A DNA stretch of 64,000 bases from Octopus bimaculoides (taxonomy: Eukaryota). Numbering within the stretch: the stretch's first letter is position 1; each line of letters starts with the position of its first letter. The stretch lies in assembly GCF_001194135.2 (NCBI RefSeq), contig NC_068994.1, positions 47,785,873 through 47,849,872 on the forward strand. Reading direction: 5' to 3'. A program made the position numbers and the translations under genes. Below, piece by piece: positions 49,641 through 62,329 of the stretch. The notes under the pieces are model-generated. The model was not told where the DNA came from, ran no database searches, and saw only the letters and a program-made list of their open reading frames with translations.

Positions 49641-50136
49641 ATAATGAGAATCCTTACAAACTTTCTCACCTACTCACCCTCTCCAAATCTTGTGAACTCA
49701 CCCACCTACCCACCCTCTCCAATGCGTGGTCCACTTCACTATATACACCACCTCTCTCTCACCTACCTCTCTCTCACCTACCTCTCTCTCTCTCTCTCTC
49801 TCTCTCCCTCCCCATCAGATATAGCCATGTTTCTCTTCTAATGAAAGATGTCTTTTCTGTCCCTTAATACTACTCCTCCTCATCAGTTGAAGGGTCTTGT
49901 CCTGCAAATTACTTTGTGATTTTACTGTTGCTGGTGCCAAGGAAAAGGCATCGAGTACATTCTGTAAAGTGGTTGGCATTAAGAAGGGTACCCAAACATA
50001 GAAACCATTCTAAAGCAGACGGCAGAGCAAATCTGTCTCAATGAATTCTGTCTGATTGATGCAAGCATCATAAGGTGGACATTAAAACGACAACAATGAT
50101 GATGATTGCTAGATAGATGGATGGATGGATGTGTAA

Positions 50137-50232
<96 letters not shown>

Positions 50233-51779
50233 ACATTGCACTCTATAAAAGTTGATTACTATGAGGTGGTTTGTGATTATTTTTCTTGTCAATAAATTGT
50301 CTGCACTCTTTGTACCTTCAAAGACATGTGAAATAAAAGATCTCTAATTTGAAAAACAGGAAAGGGTTAGCTACAGGAAAAGCATTTGACTGTAAAGCAC
50401 TCTTCTAATAATATATTCATCAAACATATAGCACCATGGAAAATGGATGTAAAAACAAAAGTTGAATCATTAATCCCTACACATTTTATTCTCTCTCTGT
50501 TTTTTTTCCATTCTCTCTCCATTTTTTTTTTCTCTCAACCCTTCCTGTCAAAGAGCATAGGCTCAAAACATCAACGGCTTTTCCATTCTTCTCAAATGTC
50601 AAACTAATACACCTGCTTGTTGTTCCCTCTCCTGTCTTCATCTTTTATTTTCTGTAAATTTGAACTATATATATATATATATATATATATGGTGCAGCCT
50701 TCCAGCTTGCAAGCCCTGGTCAAACCGTCAAACCCATGCCAGCATGGACAATAAATGTTAAATGATGATGATGGTGATACATATACATATGTGTGTGTGT
50801 GCGTGTGCATATATGTATGTATATATGATGAAAGACTTCCTAAGCAAGTTTTGTTTGGGCTTGGTTTAAACTTGAAGGAAGACTACAAAACTCAACAGCA
50901 AACTCTTACAAAAGTAAGCAAAATTATATAGAAATCATAACTAAATTAATAATACTTTTCCTGTTTCTGGAACTTTTGTGCTTATCTAAGATTTAAAGAA
51001 TAATGAACAAAAGAGATTCATATTTTACATTATATTATGTGAGGTGTAACCAATTAAAAAGAACTTGAAGATGCAGCTAAATATCAGAAAGATTGCAATT
51101 TTGATTAGTTTTGATATGATATTATGAGCTTCTTACAGTTAGAATTATGACTGTCACATAACTATATGTATGCATGCATGCATGCATGTATGTATGTATT
51201 TATATATATATATGTATCACTAGATAAATTAGTGCTCACATGTTTAATGCAAGGGTTGTAGGTGTCATTAAAAAGCTAACTACGCTGTTTGAACAATATT
51301 AGTCACTGATGAAAATTATTCATTAGCAAAGCTTAGATTTCATCATACATGCTGAATTGAGATGAAAGAACCGCTAAGTAGATATACAATATTATATAAT
51401 GGTGGGCATAGAGGAATACAATTGTTTCAGAGAATGAATGATTCAATGATGCCATCCATATGAAAATCAATAGTTAAGTTGGTGTTAACATATATAATGA
51501 AGAGAAAAAAGCATTAAAAATGTAATTATAGATAATTATGCAATGGGGTTGGAGAAACAAAATTAAGTCAAATCACTGAAATTATTTTAATTTTTCTGCC
51601 AAATATGCATGACAACTCCAGTATTTGTTTCAGTTTTATTCTAACCATATCAGTGAGGCATAGCCTTCCAACATTCAGAACAAAGCGCATAAACCATGAA
51701 TTTTGGAATGAGCATTTGAGCAAAATTATAAACTACAGCCCATAGCATATGAACTAATTTTATATAAGAAGGGTGCAGG

Positions 51780-51959
51780 CAGTGGCATAACTAATAGGGA
51801 AACAGGGGGAGTTACTGCCCCCCCCCCCAAGCACAGTTTTCAAAATTGGTGTCTTCTATAAAATGTATAATCAATTAGATAAAAATTGTTTGGTATGTAT
51901 CACAGCATCTTTTTTTTTTTATGTGTTCACTCACACTAACTTTGGAGGCTATGCCTCTG
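51780..51959. mobile_element. hAT-type MITE with 8-bp target-site duplication, inserted into a SINE A head
   Basis: Ends cagtggcataac / ggctatgcctctg; flanks ggtgcagg (51772-51779) and gatgcagg (51960-51967). Confidence 0.7.
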
Positions 51960-52199
51960 GATGCAGGCATAGCTGTGTGGCTAAGTGAACAGTTCTCTTT
52001 GGAATCATATGGTTTAAAATCCAATCCCACATTATGGCATCATGAGCAAATGCCTACTTATATAGCTTTAGATTAACCAATGAAATTTGGTAGATGATTT
52101 TTTTTTTTTTGTAAACGACTCATTCACTGTTCACTTTCTGTGCATATTCTATGAACTGTTTAAACACTTTTGACTACTTTTTTTGATGTGCCATAGTAC

Positions 52200-53116
52200 A
52201 ACCAACTGTCCACTTTCTATACTGGCATGGATTAGATGGCATATCTCTCTCGCCTATGCTCTAAGGAATAGAGTCTTAATCTCTTGAGTCTTTCCCAATA
52301 GCTTATATGCTGCATAGAGGCTATCTTCTTTGTGTAGCTTCGTTGGATTGCCTCAAGTTCTGAGATTAATTTGATACTGGTTGGTGACCATAGCTGAGAG
52401 CAATAGTCAAAGTGGCTTAGAACAAGTGTCCTCCAGAGGACCATCATGGTTTCCTGATCTCTTGTTCTAAAAGTTCTAAGAATCCATCCGGTCAGTCGCC
52501 TGCATTTCATTGACAATTTAGCAACATGAACATGAAAGGATGCATTATTACTCATGTAAATGCCCAGGTCTCACACTGATTGTGCCTCTAGAATTGCAGT
52601 CCCTCCAGGTCCAGTGTATTTAATAGGTACTGCATTTAGTTTTGCATGCTGATAGTACAAGGCTTGAAACTTTTCAGCATTAAACTGCATNNNNNNNNNN
52701 CTGATAGTACAAGGCTTGAAACTTTTCAGCATTAAACTGCATGTTATTCTTTTCAACCCACTTGTATATTTCATCCAGCTCACATTGCAGGTGCATAGCA
52801 TCTTCAGGGTTCTGTATTACCTGTGAGACTTTTGTATCATCTGCATAACTTGTGATCGAGACTCTCTGTGTGGCTGAGGGCATGTCTGAGAGGGCCATTA
52901 TGAACAGTAGTGGTCCCAAAACAGTGCCTTGCAGAACACCGCTCACTATTTTCGTGTCATTGGAGGTGGCCCCATTGGCTACTACCACCTGACTTCTATC
53001 CTTCAGAAAGTCATGAAGCCATTCTCCCAATTTTCCAACTATGCCGAGATCACGCAGTTTGTGACATATGATTCCATGATCGACTTTATCAAAGGCCTTT
53101 GCAAAGTTGAGATATA
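52200..53116 (-). mobile_element. CR1/L2-like LINE reverse transcriptase, nearly open, 5'-truncated
   Basis: IYLNFAKAFDKVDHG...SGVLQGTVLGPLLF...YADDTK...NNMQFNAEKF...RDLGI...LVLSHFDYCSQLWSP...YWERLK.L.LYSLE.RRERY. Confidence 0.93.
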
Positions 53117-53159
53117 TCNNNNNNNNNNNNNNNNNNNNNNNNNNNNNNNNNNNNNNNNN

Positions 53160-53365
53160 TATATATATATATATGGGAGAATATACAAATAATAACAACA
53201 GACGAGGACAGGTGGTGTAAATAACAAAAGTATATATTAGTATGACGCTCGGGAATATGGAAAGTCTTTGACGTTTCGAGCTACGCTCTTCAACAGAAAG
53301 AATACGGAGGCAAGGAGAAAAACACGGAGAAAAAAAATTGAATAGTGTTCAGTCAACGGTCAATC

Positions 53366-53370
<5 letters not shown>
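53160..53370 (-). mobile_element. Short Penelope-type terminal-repeat element within (TA)n
   Basis: CpG-rich unit bounded by (TA)n and containing a hammerhead-like motif; PLE assignment is by that motif only. Confidence 0.55.
53265..53301 (-). ncRNA. Minimal type-I hammerhead ribozyme-like motif
   Basis: Minus strand UCUUU-CUGUUGA-A-GAGC(GUA)GCUC-GAAA-CG-UC-AAAGA: 5-bp stem I, 4-bp stem II, palindromic ACGU stem III, GUC cleavage triplet; core position 6 is U rather than the conserved A. Confidence 0.65.
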
Positions 53371-53402
<32 letters not shown>

Positions 53403-53524
53403 CACAAGGCATAAATAATGGTCATTATATATTTTTCTTTATTGTAGTAAATTTGACTTACATCTGTTTCCAGTAATCATTATAGGTTCATTATTGATAG
53501 GTTTACTCAATCATCCCATTGGTC

Positions 53525-53679
53525 GGTTGAGAAAAATTGAACAACCTAGAAAATTAATGCTAGTTTCATCAGTCATTTCTCTGAGAAATGACTCCAATGA
53601 AAGTAGCATTAATTTCTTTGAGAAATGACTCTAACAAAAGAAACATCAACTTTCTTACGGCATTCAATTTTTCTCAACC
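53525..53679. repeat. Nested palindromic (MITE-like) element
   Basis: Perfect 17-bp inverted repeat 53525-53541 / 53663-53679 enclosing an imperfect hairpin with ~34-bp arms, 53548-53617. Confidence 0.75.
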
Positions 53680-54825
53680 AATCTCACAGAATACCTTCTG
53701 CGTTATAAACAAATATTTACTGGGGATCAAACATATTTGATGTAACGAACAAAAAGAATTTTTAATCTGTAACGAAGTGAAGCCATTAACGTTAATGAAA
53801 GCAAGGGAGACAACACTGTAACCAATTTGAAAATTCTGGCTTGTGTTGTAACTTCAGTTCCTGCTGAGGTTAACTATGCCTTTCATCTTTCTGGGATCTG
53901 CAGATCAAGTACCAGTCTAGTGTGGAGGACTGGCAGAAATTGTTAAAGCATCAGACGGGACGCATCGCAAGACATGCTGATGCGGCTGTTTGCGTTCTCA
54001 GTTCAAATACTAGCATAGCCTAAAACAGGTGGCAGACTAAAATCTGTTGCCCTCTTCCTCAGGTTCAAACTCCACCATGTCTGGCCCCTTGACGTGAAAA
54101 AAGGAAAGGAAAAGAAGAAAAGAAATAAGGAAAAAAGAGAAGAAAGAGTAAGAAGGGAAAAGACAAATGAAGAAATCAGAAAAAGGAAACGGTGAAGAAG
54201 TACAAAAAGATCTGGAAGGGGAAGGAGGAGGAGGAGGAGGAAAGGAAGGACTAGGAAGTAGGAAGGAGGGGGAAGGATGAGGGAAGGGGAGAGGGGAAAC
54301 AACAACAACAGCAGCAGCAGCAGTAGCAATAGCATTCATTTATCAGTGATCTTAATTGCTAAAAATGTTCTGTATGGGAAACATGACAGTGTTACGTGAG
54401 AAAAGAGGAAGGAAGCAGGTTTTTTTTTTGTTTTGTTTTTTGTTTTTAATGTTACCATCACCACCACCAATGTCATCGCTTCCACCAGCCTGCCTGCTCC
54501 TGCTTCTAAAACACTTCCACATCCACTACCGCCACCAGGGTTGGAGCCGTATGTGATGTAGAATTTTAGAAGTGAGGTAGGTGGGTAGGTAAATGGGTGG
54601 GTGGAATAAACAGCCAAATAAGGATTCCAAAATGCCTTAAAGGAGAGATTTGATAGTTTCCGTAGTAACACCGCATATTTTTTTCTTCTTTTCTTCCCCC
54701 TTCCCCTCTTTTCTTTTTCTGAAATTGTTTAGAATATTCAGAACGTCAAGAGTAGAGACAAAACATACGCACATACGCGCACACACACACACACACACAC
54801 ACATATGTATGTATGTGTGTGTGTG

Positions 54826-54862
<37 letters not shown>

Positions 54863-54934
54863 NNNNNNNNNNNNNNNNNNNNNNNNNNNNNNNNNNNNNN
54901 NNNNNNNNNNNNNNNNNNNNNNNNNNNNNNNNNN

Positions 54935-54995
<61 letters not shown>

Positions 54996-55142
54996 TTTCA
55001 CTCTCTAACACGCTCGCATAAGCATGTATGAGAGTGCGTGCTAGTTGCCGTATAATTGACACACGCACGCACACACACATATATATGCATTGTGTGCGAA
55101 TGTGTGTGTGTACGTACGTGAGTATGTATGTATGTATGTATG

Positions 55143-55175
<33 letters not shown>

Positions 55176-55597
55176 TCGTGTGGGCACGCGTATATGTAAG
55201 CGCGTTAAGATTGACAACTAAATTCATACGTTAGTTAGCTGGGCCAAGACAAAATAATAGTCAATTGTTTGTGAAACGCTTCGGCTTAACGGGGAACAAT
55301 GAATTTTGACAATGAAAGTTGAGATGAAAAAAAAATTGATATTTTAACCGCTTTCCCGAAGGTTAAATCTATATAGAAACGAATATGCAACACAGAGGGA
55401 TAGACATAACGATTGAGGGAGAGAAAACGAGGGAGAGTGAGAAAGAGAGAGATAGAGAGAGAGTGAGAGAGAGAGAGAGTGAGAGAGAGAGAGAGTGAGA
55501 GAGAGAGAGAGTGAGAGAGAGAGAGACAGGGAATGATATAGAGACAGGGAAAGATAGAGAGACAGACAGACAGAAACACAGAGAAAGAGAATGAGTG

Positions 55598-55645
<48 letters not shown>

Positions 55646-56834
55646 CTATATTTATTAAGTGGTGATGGTGGAAAGCACATAATGATTGAATTTTGTTGTC
55701 TATCTTTGTAAACTAGCATAATTTTACTTTTTCAATTCATTTATTTATTATTTTCTCCCCCCCTCTCCATTGCACCGTAAACGGATCTTTAGCGTCAGCT
55801 GATAGATTAATTCAGTTTTTCCTCTCTTCTCGAAATATTTTTCAGTCAAAAGATCTATATCGGTCTCTCATCAATATAGTTCACATCACAACGAAAATAA
55901 AAATGTATGGAAATTTTTTGGGGTTTTTTTTTTCCTTTTTTAGTTTTTGTTTTTGTATTAGTTTTCTGTCTTTCACTCTCTTTTCTCTCTTCCCGCGTCA
56001 TATATTTTTCTCCTTCACTCACTCATTCTCTATGTTTTCTCAATATAATTTTTTTTTTCTTTACTCCGAATGTAAAGATTCTGAGCTAATTGGCAAAAAT
56101 AGTAGAGTTTGAAATTAAAGAGAGAAAAAAAATCTTTCCATACACACGCGCGCATACACACGTTTCCACGCACACACAAACTTTTAGCGGTTTTATCCAA
56201 TAATAGCAACAACAACAACAGCCAGTCACTGAGGGAATCTGAAGAACCAACAAGGGGACCCCCCCCCCGCTCGGTCGTTAAACCTGCTAAATTTAGCAGC
56301 CAAATTTCCATTAAATCACACCTTACAGTCTCTAAAATCACAAAAGACACTTAAAATGATTACGATGTCCTACATACACTTTGCCTGAATAAAAGTGGGA
56401 CAGCTGAAATGTCTTTGATTATAAGTTTATTGCATCTGGTTGTGAATCCTTGGTTCAAGAGATCCAGAGTTTTGAGGAATGTGGAACCACTACCTCTTAT
56501 CCCCTTCTGTTCTCAGGTCTACTCTGCCCCAGAGTAGTAACACACGTCAAGGTCGCAGCTATAGGTTAATTAGCATGTCATGAAATTGCTTCTGGAAGAC
56601 GGTCCCTCATAGACATCCCAACGGACCAAGGGTAGACGAAGCCCTTCAGTTCTTTAATTGCCCAGCTAAGAAAAGATAACTCCATACAACTCCCGTATCG
56701 TGATTACTGCTGATCGTGTGGAACTCTTATTGCACTAGAACAATATAAGTTCGAAGGACGTGAGAATGAGACTGACCCTGCACAAGCCTTGCCCATTATG
56801 ACAATAAGCCTTTGCTGCCTTGTGGGGTAATTTA

Positions 56835-57189
56835 AAGGGTAAGGATAAGGGAAAAGGCCCCTTTGGTCACGAATGACCGTGAAATTGTTCCGAGAAAGTT
56901 CCCCTCGGAGGAAGTAGTTCGAGCAAGGTTGTTTATGGAAGACCAGCAGTCGCCCATGCATACCAGTCTCCCCTCTCCACGTCACTGATGTTATCCAAGG
57001 GAAAGGCAAAGGCCGATACAGCTTGGCACCAGTGACGTCGCAACTCTTTTCTACAGCTGAGTGAACTGGAGAAACGTGAAATAAAGTGTCTTGATCAAGA
57101 GCACAATACTCAGCTCGAGTTCGAGAATCAAACGCCCAATCTCATGATTGTAAGCCCGATGCTCTAACCACTGAGCCATGCGCCTCCAC
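56835..57189 (-). mobile_element. tRNA-derived SINE family C; head fragment also at 13850-13940(-)
   Basis: Head GGCGCATGGCTCAGTGGTTAGAGC (A box) and a GTTTGATTC B-box-like motif, then a non-tRNA body and simple-repeat tail. Confidence 0.75.
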
Positions 57190-58629
57190 AGGGAGTGGGC
57201 GGGGTGATAATTTATTAAGCGATTAAAAAGGATTAAGGGAGTAAATACTCTACCGAAAATGCGGAGAGAGAGAACCTAAAGCGGATAAGTACGGTTATAC
57301 TTTATCAATATTTGACATCCCCTGTGGTTCCTTGGATGCTCCGAACGTACTGATTTGTCTTTCCTTCGTAGGGTATCCGTGATGAAATGGTAAATGTACT
57401 TAGAGTTAGGCACTTCTGGAAACAGTAATACCGTCAACCATCGACGAAAAAGGTCAACCATAGGTTTACTGGATCAAGGCCGCTTGGTGCTAAACAACAA
57501 TGGCATTAGCAGTAGCGTCAGAAACAAACACTAGCAATGTTCCCATTTCCAAGTAGTACTGCATGGATAGATCAAACGTCTCTTTGGAAAGAAAGAAATC
57601 AAAGAATTGTGTTATGAAGTCCGGAAACTGTCATCTGGGGTCGATGTAATCGACTTTCTCCCGAAACTGCTGGTCTTGTGTATTTCTACTGTAGGCACAA
57701 GGCGTGTAATGCTGTGGGGGAAGGGGTTTGTCGATTACATCGACTCCAGTGCTCAACTGGTACTTATTTTGTCGACCTCGAAAAGATGAAAGGCAAAGTT
57801 GACCTCGGTGGAATTTGAACTCAGAACATAAACGTAAAGAGCCGGAACAAATACTGGAAAGCTTTACTAACGATTCTGTCCCATCATCATCATGATCATC
57901 ATCGCAGTCTGTCTCCGTAACAAACAAAACGATGGTTTAGACTTCGCCTTCTCACAGCCTGCCACCCACAACTGCTGACACAATTCTGTGTCCATTGAAT
58001 TATGTAATATCGGACCGGTTATCTCTTAGGCGTTAATCATTCATACGGCATTCACAAATAGATTATAGCTCCTGTCACGTGTAAATCACCACTTTGTAAA
58101 TCACTGTTTTTCTAACATCTCTTTTTAATTAATTTATTATTATTATTATCCAGCTATAAACAATACAGTGAGGATGTAAAAATGTCGCCGTCATTTTTTT
58201 TTTTTTTTACTGAATCTTGTTTTAATTAGCATGAGTTTTATTATATGCTTTTATTTATTCCACTTAATAACTATTTGTGTAATTTTTTTTACAAAAATTA
58301 ATTGTATAACATCTTTCTCGTCTTTCTTCGTGATTATATAACTTGCCCGTCCCACTCCACACGTATTTGTAAGGTCTCTATGGTTCAACATACGTTAGAT
58401 TTTACTTTTTTTTTTTTGAACCCGTGTAGCTAATAAAAACAATTATTGTTGGCAGAACCGTTACCTCGCCGGACAAAATGCCGAGGTCGACTTTGCCTTT
58501 CATCCTTTCAGGATCGATAAAGAAAGTACCAGTTAGGCACTGGGGCCGATGTAGTCGACATACACTCTCCTCCGAACATGCTGCCCTTGTGTCAAATCTT
58601 GAAATCATCATCACTATTGTTGTTGTTGT

Positions 58630-60385
58630 TGTTGTTGTTGTTATTTCTCTTTATCATTGTTTTGTTGGAGCTCCTGGAGTCTTACATGCGTAGCAGGTTT
58701 GCTACCTGCAGCCTACAGTACCATGCTTTTGTTGTGGTTGCATGGAATTGATTTTGTAGTCCCTTGCGTAATTCTTCTTCATGTCCTTTTTGCACTTCTT
58801 CCTCTGTTTCTCCTTTTTTCTTCTCTGATTTCAGTACTCCCTCGTTCCTAACTGTCACTAGCAAGGTTTCCTTACTTTGGGCTAGGTATCTCATTAAGGT
58901 CTCGAGTTCGATACGCACGCAGTCTTCCACATTTATCAGTCCTCTTCCTCCATTTGCTCACTTCACGTATAGACAATCAGTATCTGCGCGTGGATGATAG
59001 ACTCCATGCATCGTTAGAAACATTCTTCTTTAGTTCCTCCTCTATCCACATTCTTCTTTAGTTCCTCCTCTATCCAGCGCCATACCGAACTACTGCGACT
59101 GTGCACGAGTTTATTGCCGAAATTAAGTTTTATGGTATTTAGCTTTGAAACCAATATTTTTCTCACTCGCCGCAGGTACTCTCTTTTTGTCTCTTCCTTC
59201 ATGTCATTGTGTTTGATTCCATCTGCCTCAAGTATTCCCAAGTATTTATAGCCCGAGTGAGGTTGAATTGCCTTCATCATTTCACCACTTGGCAACCATA
59301 TGTCTTCTGTTCTGGAAAGCTCTTCCAATTTGGCAATTTTTTAAAATTGCTTTTTTATCATTTCTGTAGTTATCTTTTCTCTAATTTCAGTACTCCCTCG
59401 TTCCTGTCACTAGCAAGGTTTCCTTACTTTGGGCTAGGTATCTCATTAAGACCTTCTATATTTCTTAACCTATCTTGGATTCCATGCAGCCACTCTGCTT
59501 CATCATTATGCTCTCCAGGTTGGTCCCAGATCCCTCTCCAGAATGCCCTACTTTCCTCTGCATCTGGTATCATTGTTACGTGTAATTGCCCTTCTAGTTC
59601 CTGAAACAGTTTCTTCTGATGTACTTCAAACAATCTGTTTTGCCTGAATTGTTTTGTTTTATCGTCATATCTTTCCAGTTTTGCTTTGATTACTACTACT
59701 CTTTGTTTCAATTCTTCCAATATCAAATCATACCCTTTATCTCTTTGTTCTTTATATGTTCTTTCCAGCATTACTCTTATGCTTTCGTTCTGCAATTCTC
59801 CTTTACTCAATCTATCAACTTGTTCTAAATGTCTTTTTAACTTTGTTTCTCACAAATTCGTCTACGCCAGAATGGTTCTTTACGTTCTGTTTGTTCTTTT
59901 CTTTTGTATCCAACTCAATCTGCAGCAACCATAGCTGCAGCCCAAATAATCTTGTTAGTTTCAGTTATATTTCTCATCTGGAATAGCCCAAGGACCGAAT
60001 CTATCTTTTCGGTTTCAACTTTGAACTTGCGTTGATCAAAGTACCTCAGATTGCTGGGTGCTTGATCATGGTCTTCCCTAATATATCGGCTCAGCATCCT
60101 CCCTATATCTTGTCGGCCATCATCGTATTCTTGTGCCATAGCTCTTCCTATTACTTCTGCTTCATTTGCTGAGAATGCATTTACATTTACACTCTGTTCT
60201 ACGTCTTCACTGCCGCCATTCATTTCTCTGTTCTCACTGGGCAATGTATCTGTTGGTGAGTATTATTTCTATTTTCTGCTTTCCTTTTTAAATCTTCAAT
60301 TTCTATGTCTGTTAACCGCCCTTTTACTCTTATTGCTCTTGTCTAGTCGGCTAACTGTTGTTCATTTATTTCGTAGAATCATTAG
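58630..60385 (-). mobile_element. R4/Dong-like (RLE-type) non-LTR element with RT core and C-terminus deleted
   Basis: EQQLAD..R.I...G.L...EIE; EELKQR...AKL.RY....QFRQNRLF...QKK; EESRAFW..IW...HN..AEWL; YKYLGILEAD.IKH..MKE...EY.RR.RKIL.SKLN; GGRGL..VEDCV. No YxDD segment; (AAC)n tail. Confidence 0.8.
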
Positions 60386-60590
60386 AGCGTTGGACAAAAT
60401 GCCATGCGGTATTTTTTCTGGCTCTTCACATTCTGGTTTCAAATACCGTCGAGGTCAATTTTATCTTTCATCCTTTCAGGGTCGATAGAGTATAAAGGTG
60501 CAGTAGTGGGAATTCGAATCTGAATCTCTAGATACGCGGTCAAACATAACGAGCAAACCACAATAGTTTCACGTAATCGGTCAATTAAAT

Positions 60591-60700
60591 AACCAATCAG
60601 CGTCAAGCCATCGCGTGATTCAATCTTCTAGCATCTACTTCTTGTGCTCTATAAAAGGTTGCTTTCGGCGGTAATTAATTGCAGCATGTTGAAGCAGCTG
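60591..60700 (+). promoter_or_regulatory. Candidate Pol II core promoter (CCAAT box + TATA box) in CpG-rich unique sequence
   Basis: AACCAATCAG at 60591-60600 and TATAAAA at 60650-60656, with canonical spacing. Confidence 0.4.
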
Positions 60701-61946
60701 TGCGATATATGTCTCCACTCTTGCTACACCAGACGACCCACGCAAACGGCTCAGACAGATGTCAAGAACCACCGTCGCCACGAACGTAGCACAATTGTTT
60801 CTAGTTATGTTGAGCAAGCCACATGTTGCTGTATGAGTACCCTGCTGTGAACCCTAAGCAGTATATCTCTCCCAGTATGTAATTATTGCTGTTGTTATTT
60901 GTAAAAGACCAATGCAGTTTGACATTATGTGCGATAATAAAATCTGTTAGATGTTTGCGAGTTTTGTTCAGTTACTTCACGCAGCTGAAGAGAAGACATT
61001 TTCATTCAATTCAACCAATCATCGCCGCAGACCAGCCGACACAACAACCAAAGCAACAGTACCAGTCGAGTACTGGAGTCGATGTCATCGGTTAACCCCA
61101 CTTCTTAAAATTACTGGCCTTGAACTTACATAATTCTCAGAAACTCTATTTTTATAGAAATTCTATTTTAAATATTGTTGATATTGTTCGTTTCAATTAT
61201 AAGAACCACAAGGGAACAGACGCCCCGACGAAGATAGTATTTTGTCAAGGATCCTCTGCTAAACGTGTATTAGGCATTCCTTCGATATTGGTCGACAGAG
61301 TGTTGGTCTGAGAAGACGACATCATTCATCCACTTTTTCAGTCTAGCCTATTTGTCTGTCATAAAGGAAGGTGTGTGGGTGAATGACGTCGTGTACTAAT
61401 ATCGAAGGATTGCCCGTGTATTATTCCCTGCTTTCACTGTTTACATCAAAACATGTAATTTTAAGGTCGAAGTAAATGAATTGACAGCAAAAATTGAATC
61501 GACACTCTTTCTCCATCTGCTCTTCAATCTTCGAGTGCTTTTGCTAAAGGCCAGTTCATTCCATGTGTCAGCGGCGTGTATGACCGAATGAAAAAGGTTG
61601 CTTTATAGCACATGACTGGAGTAGCGTTTGACGACCGTGTTTATATTTGTATTGAATGTCAGCTTGCGATCTAAACAACACCCTCTCTCCATCTCAAGTA
61701 GATTGCAGCAGCAGTATGATTAGGTTGCCTCTTTCTGTATGTACATTCCAGTATATACACTTCAATTGAATATGACAACAAGTCTTCGTATTATGCGATT
61801 GAAACAGAGACCGTTTCAAACTATGCACCAGCCATCAACACAGTGCACCAACAATACATCAACCAAATATTTCTCTAAGAAGTTCACGGATACTACAGTT
61901 ACAGAAAACCTCAAGCAAGAACTATACTGAGCCCTTAAACCCTCTC

Positions 61947-62051
<105 letters not shown>

Positions 62052-62329
62052 ACACACAAAGCGAAATAAAACAAGAGAGTTTGTTTATAAAATACTTATT
62101 TACGTCATCTTACGCGAGATTTATTAACACTGAAAAATTGTGTTTAAGGAAAACCTTCTGAGCAGATTGCTTTGTCAAATCTTCAGAGATCGCGTAACTC
62201 TCGTTAGTAACCTTTTAGTATTCATACTGGACTGCCTACGGTGTGACATACATACATACATACATACATCACTGCCATCATCAGATTTGATCCACTCTCA
62301 GTAGGTTGACTACCGAGGATTGTATTATC

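Noticed and set aside
52649-52742. 42-bp direct repeat on both sides of a 10-N gap
   Set aside because: Typical unmerged contig overlap, an assembly artefact.
54037-54085. Short ORFs near 54.05 kb (minus MVEFEPEEEGNRF*; plus ccaccATG MSGPLT*)
   Set aside because: Too short and without homology or splice context; at most uORFs.
57100-57189. tRNA-like sequence with A and B boxes
   Set aside because: It runs into a SINE body and lacks a closed acceptor stem, so it is a SINE head rather than a tRNA gene.
61200-61500. Possible very old RT remnant (QGSS..., EDDII)
   Set aside because: The similarity is too weak to support a call.
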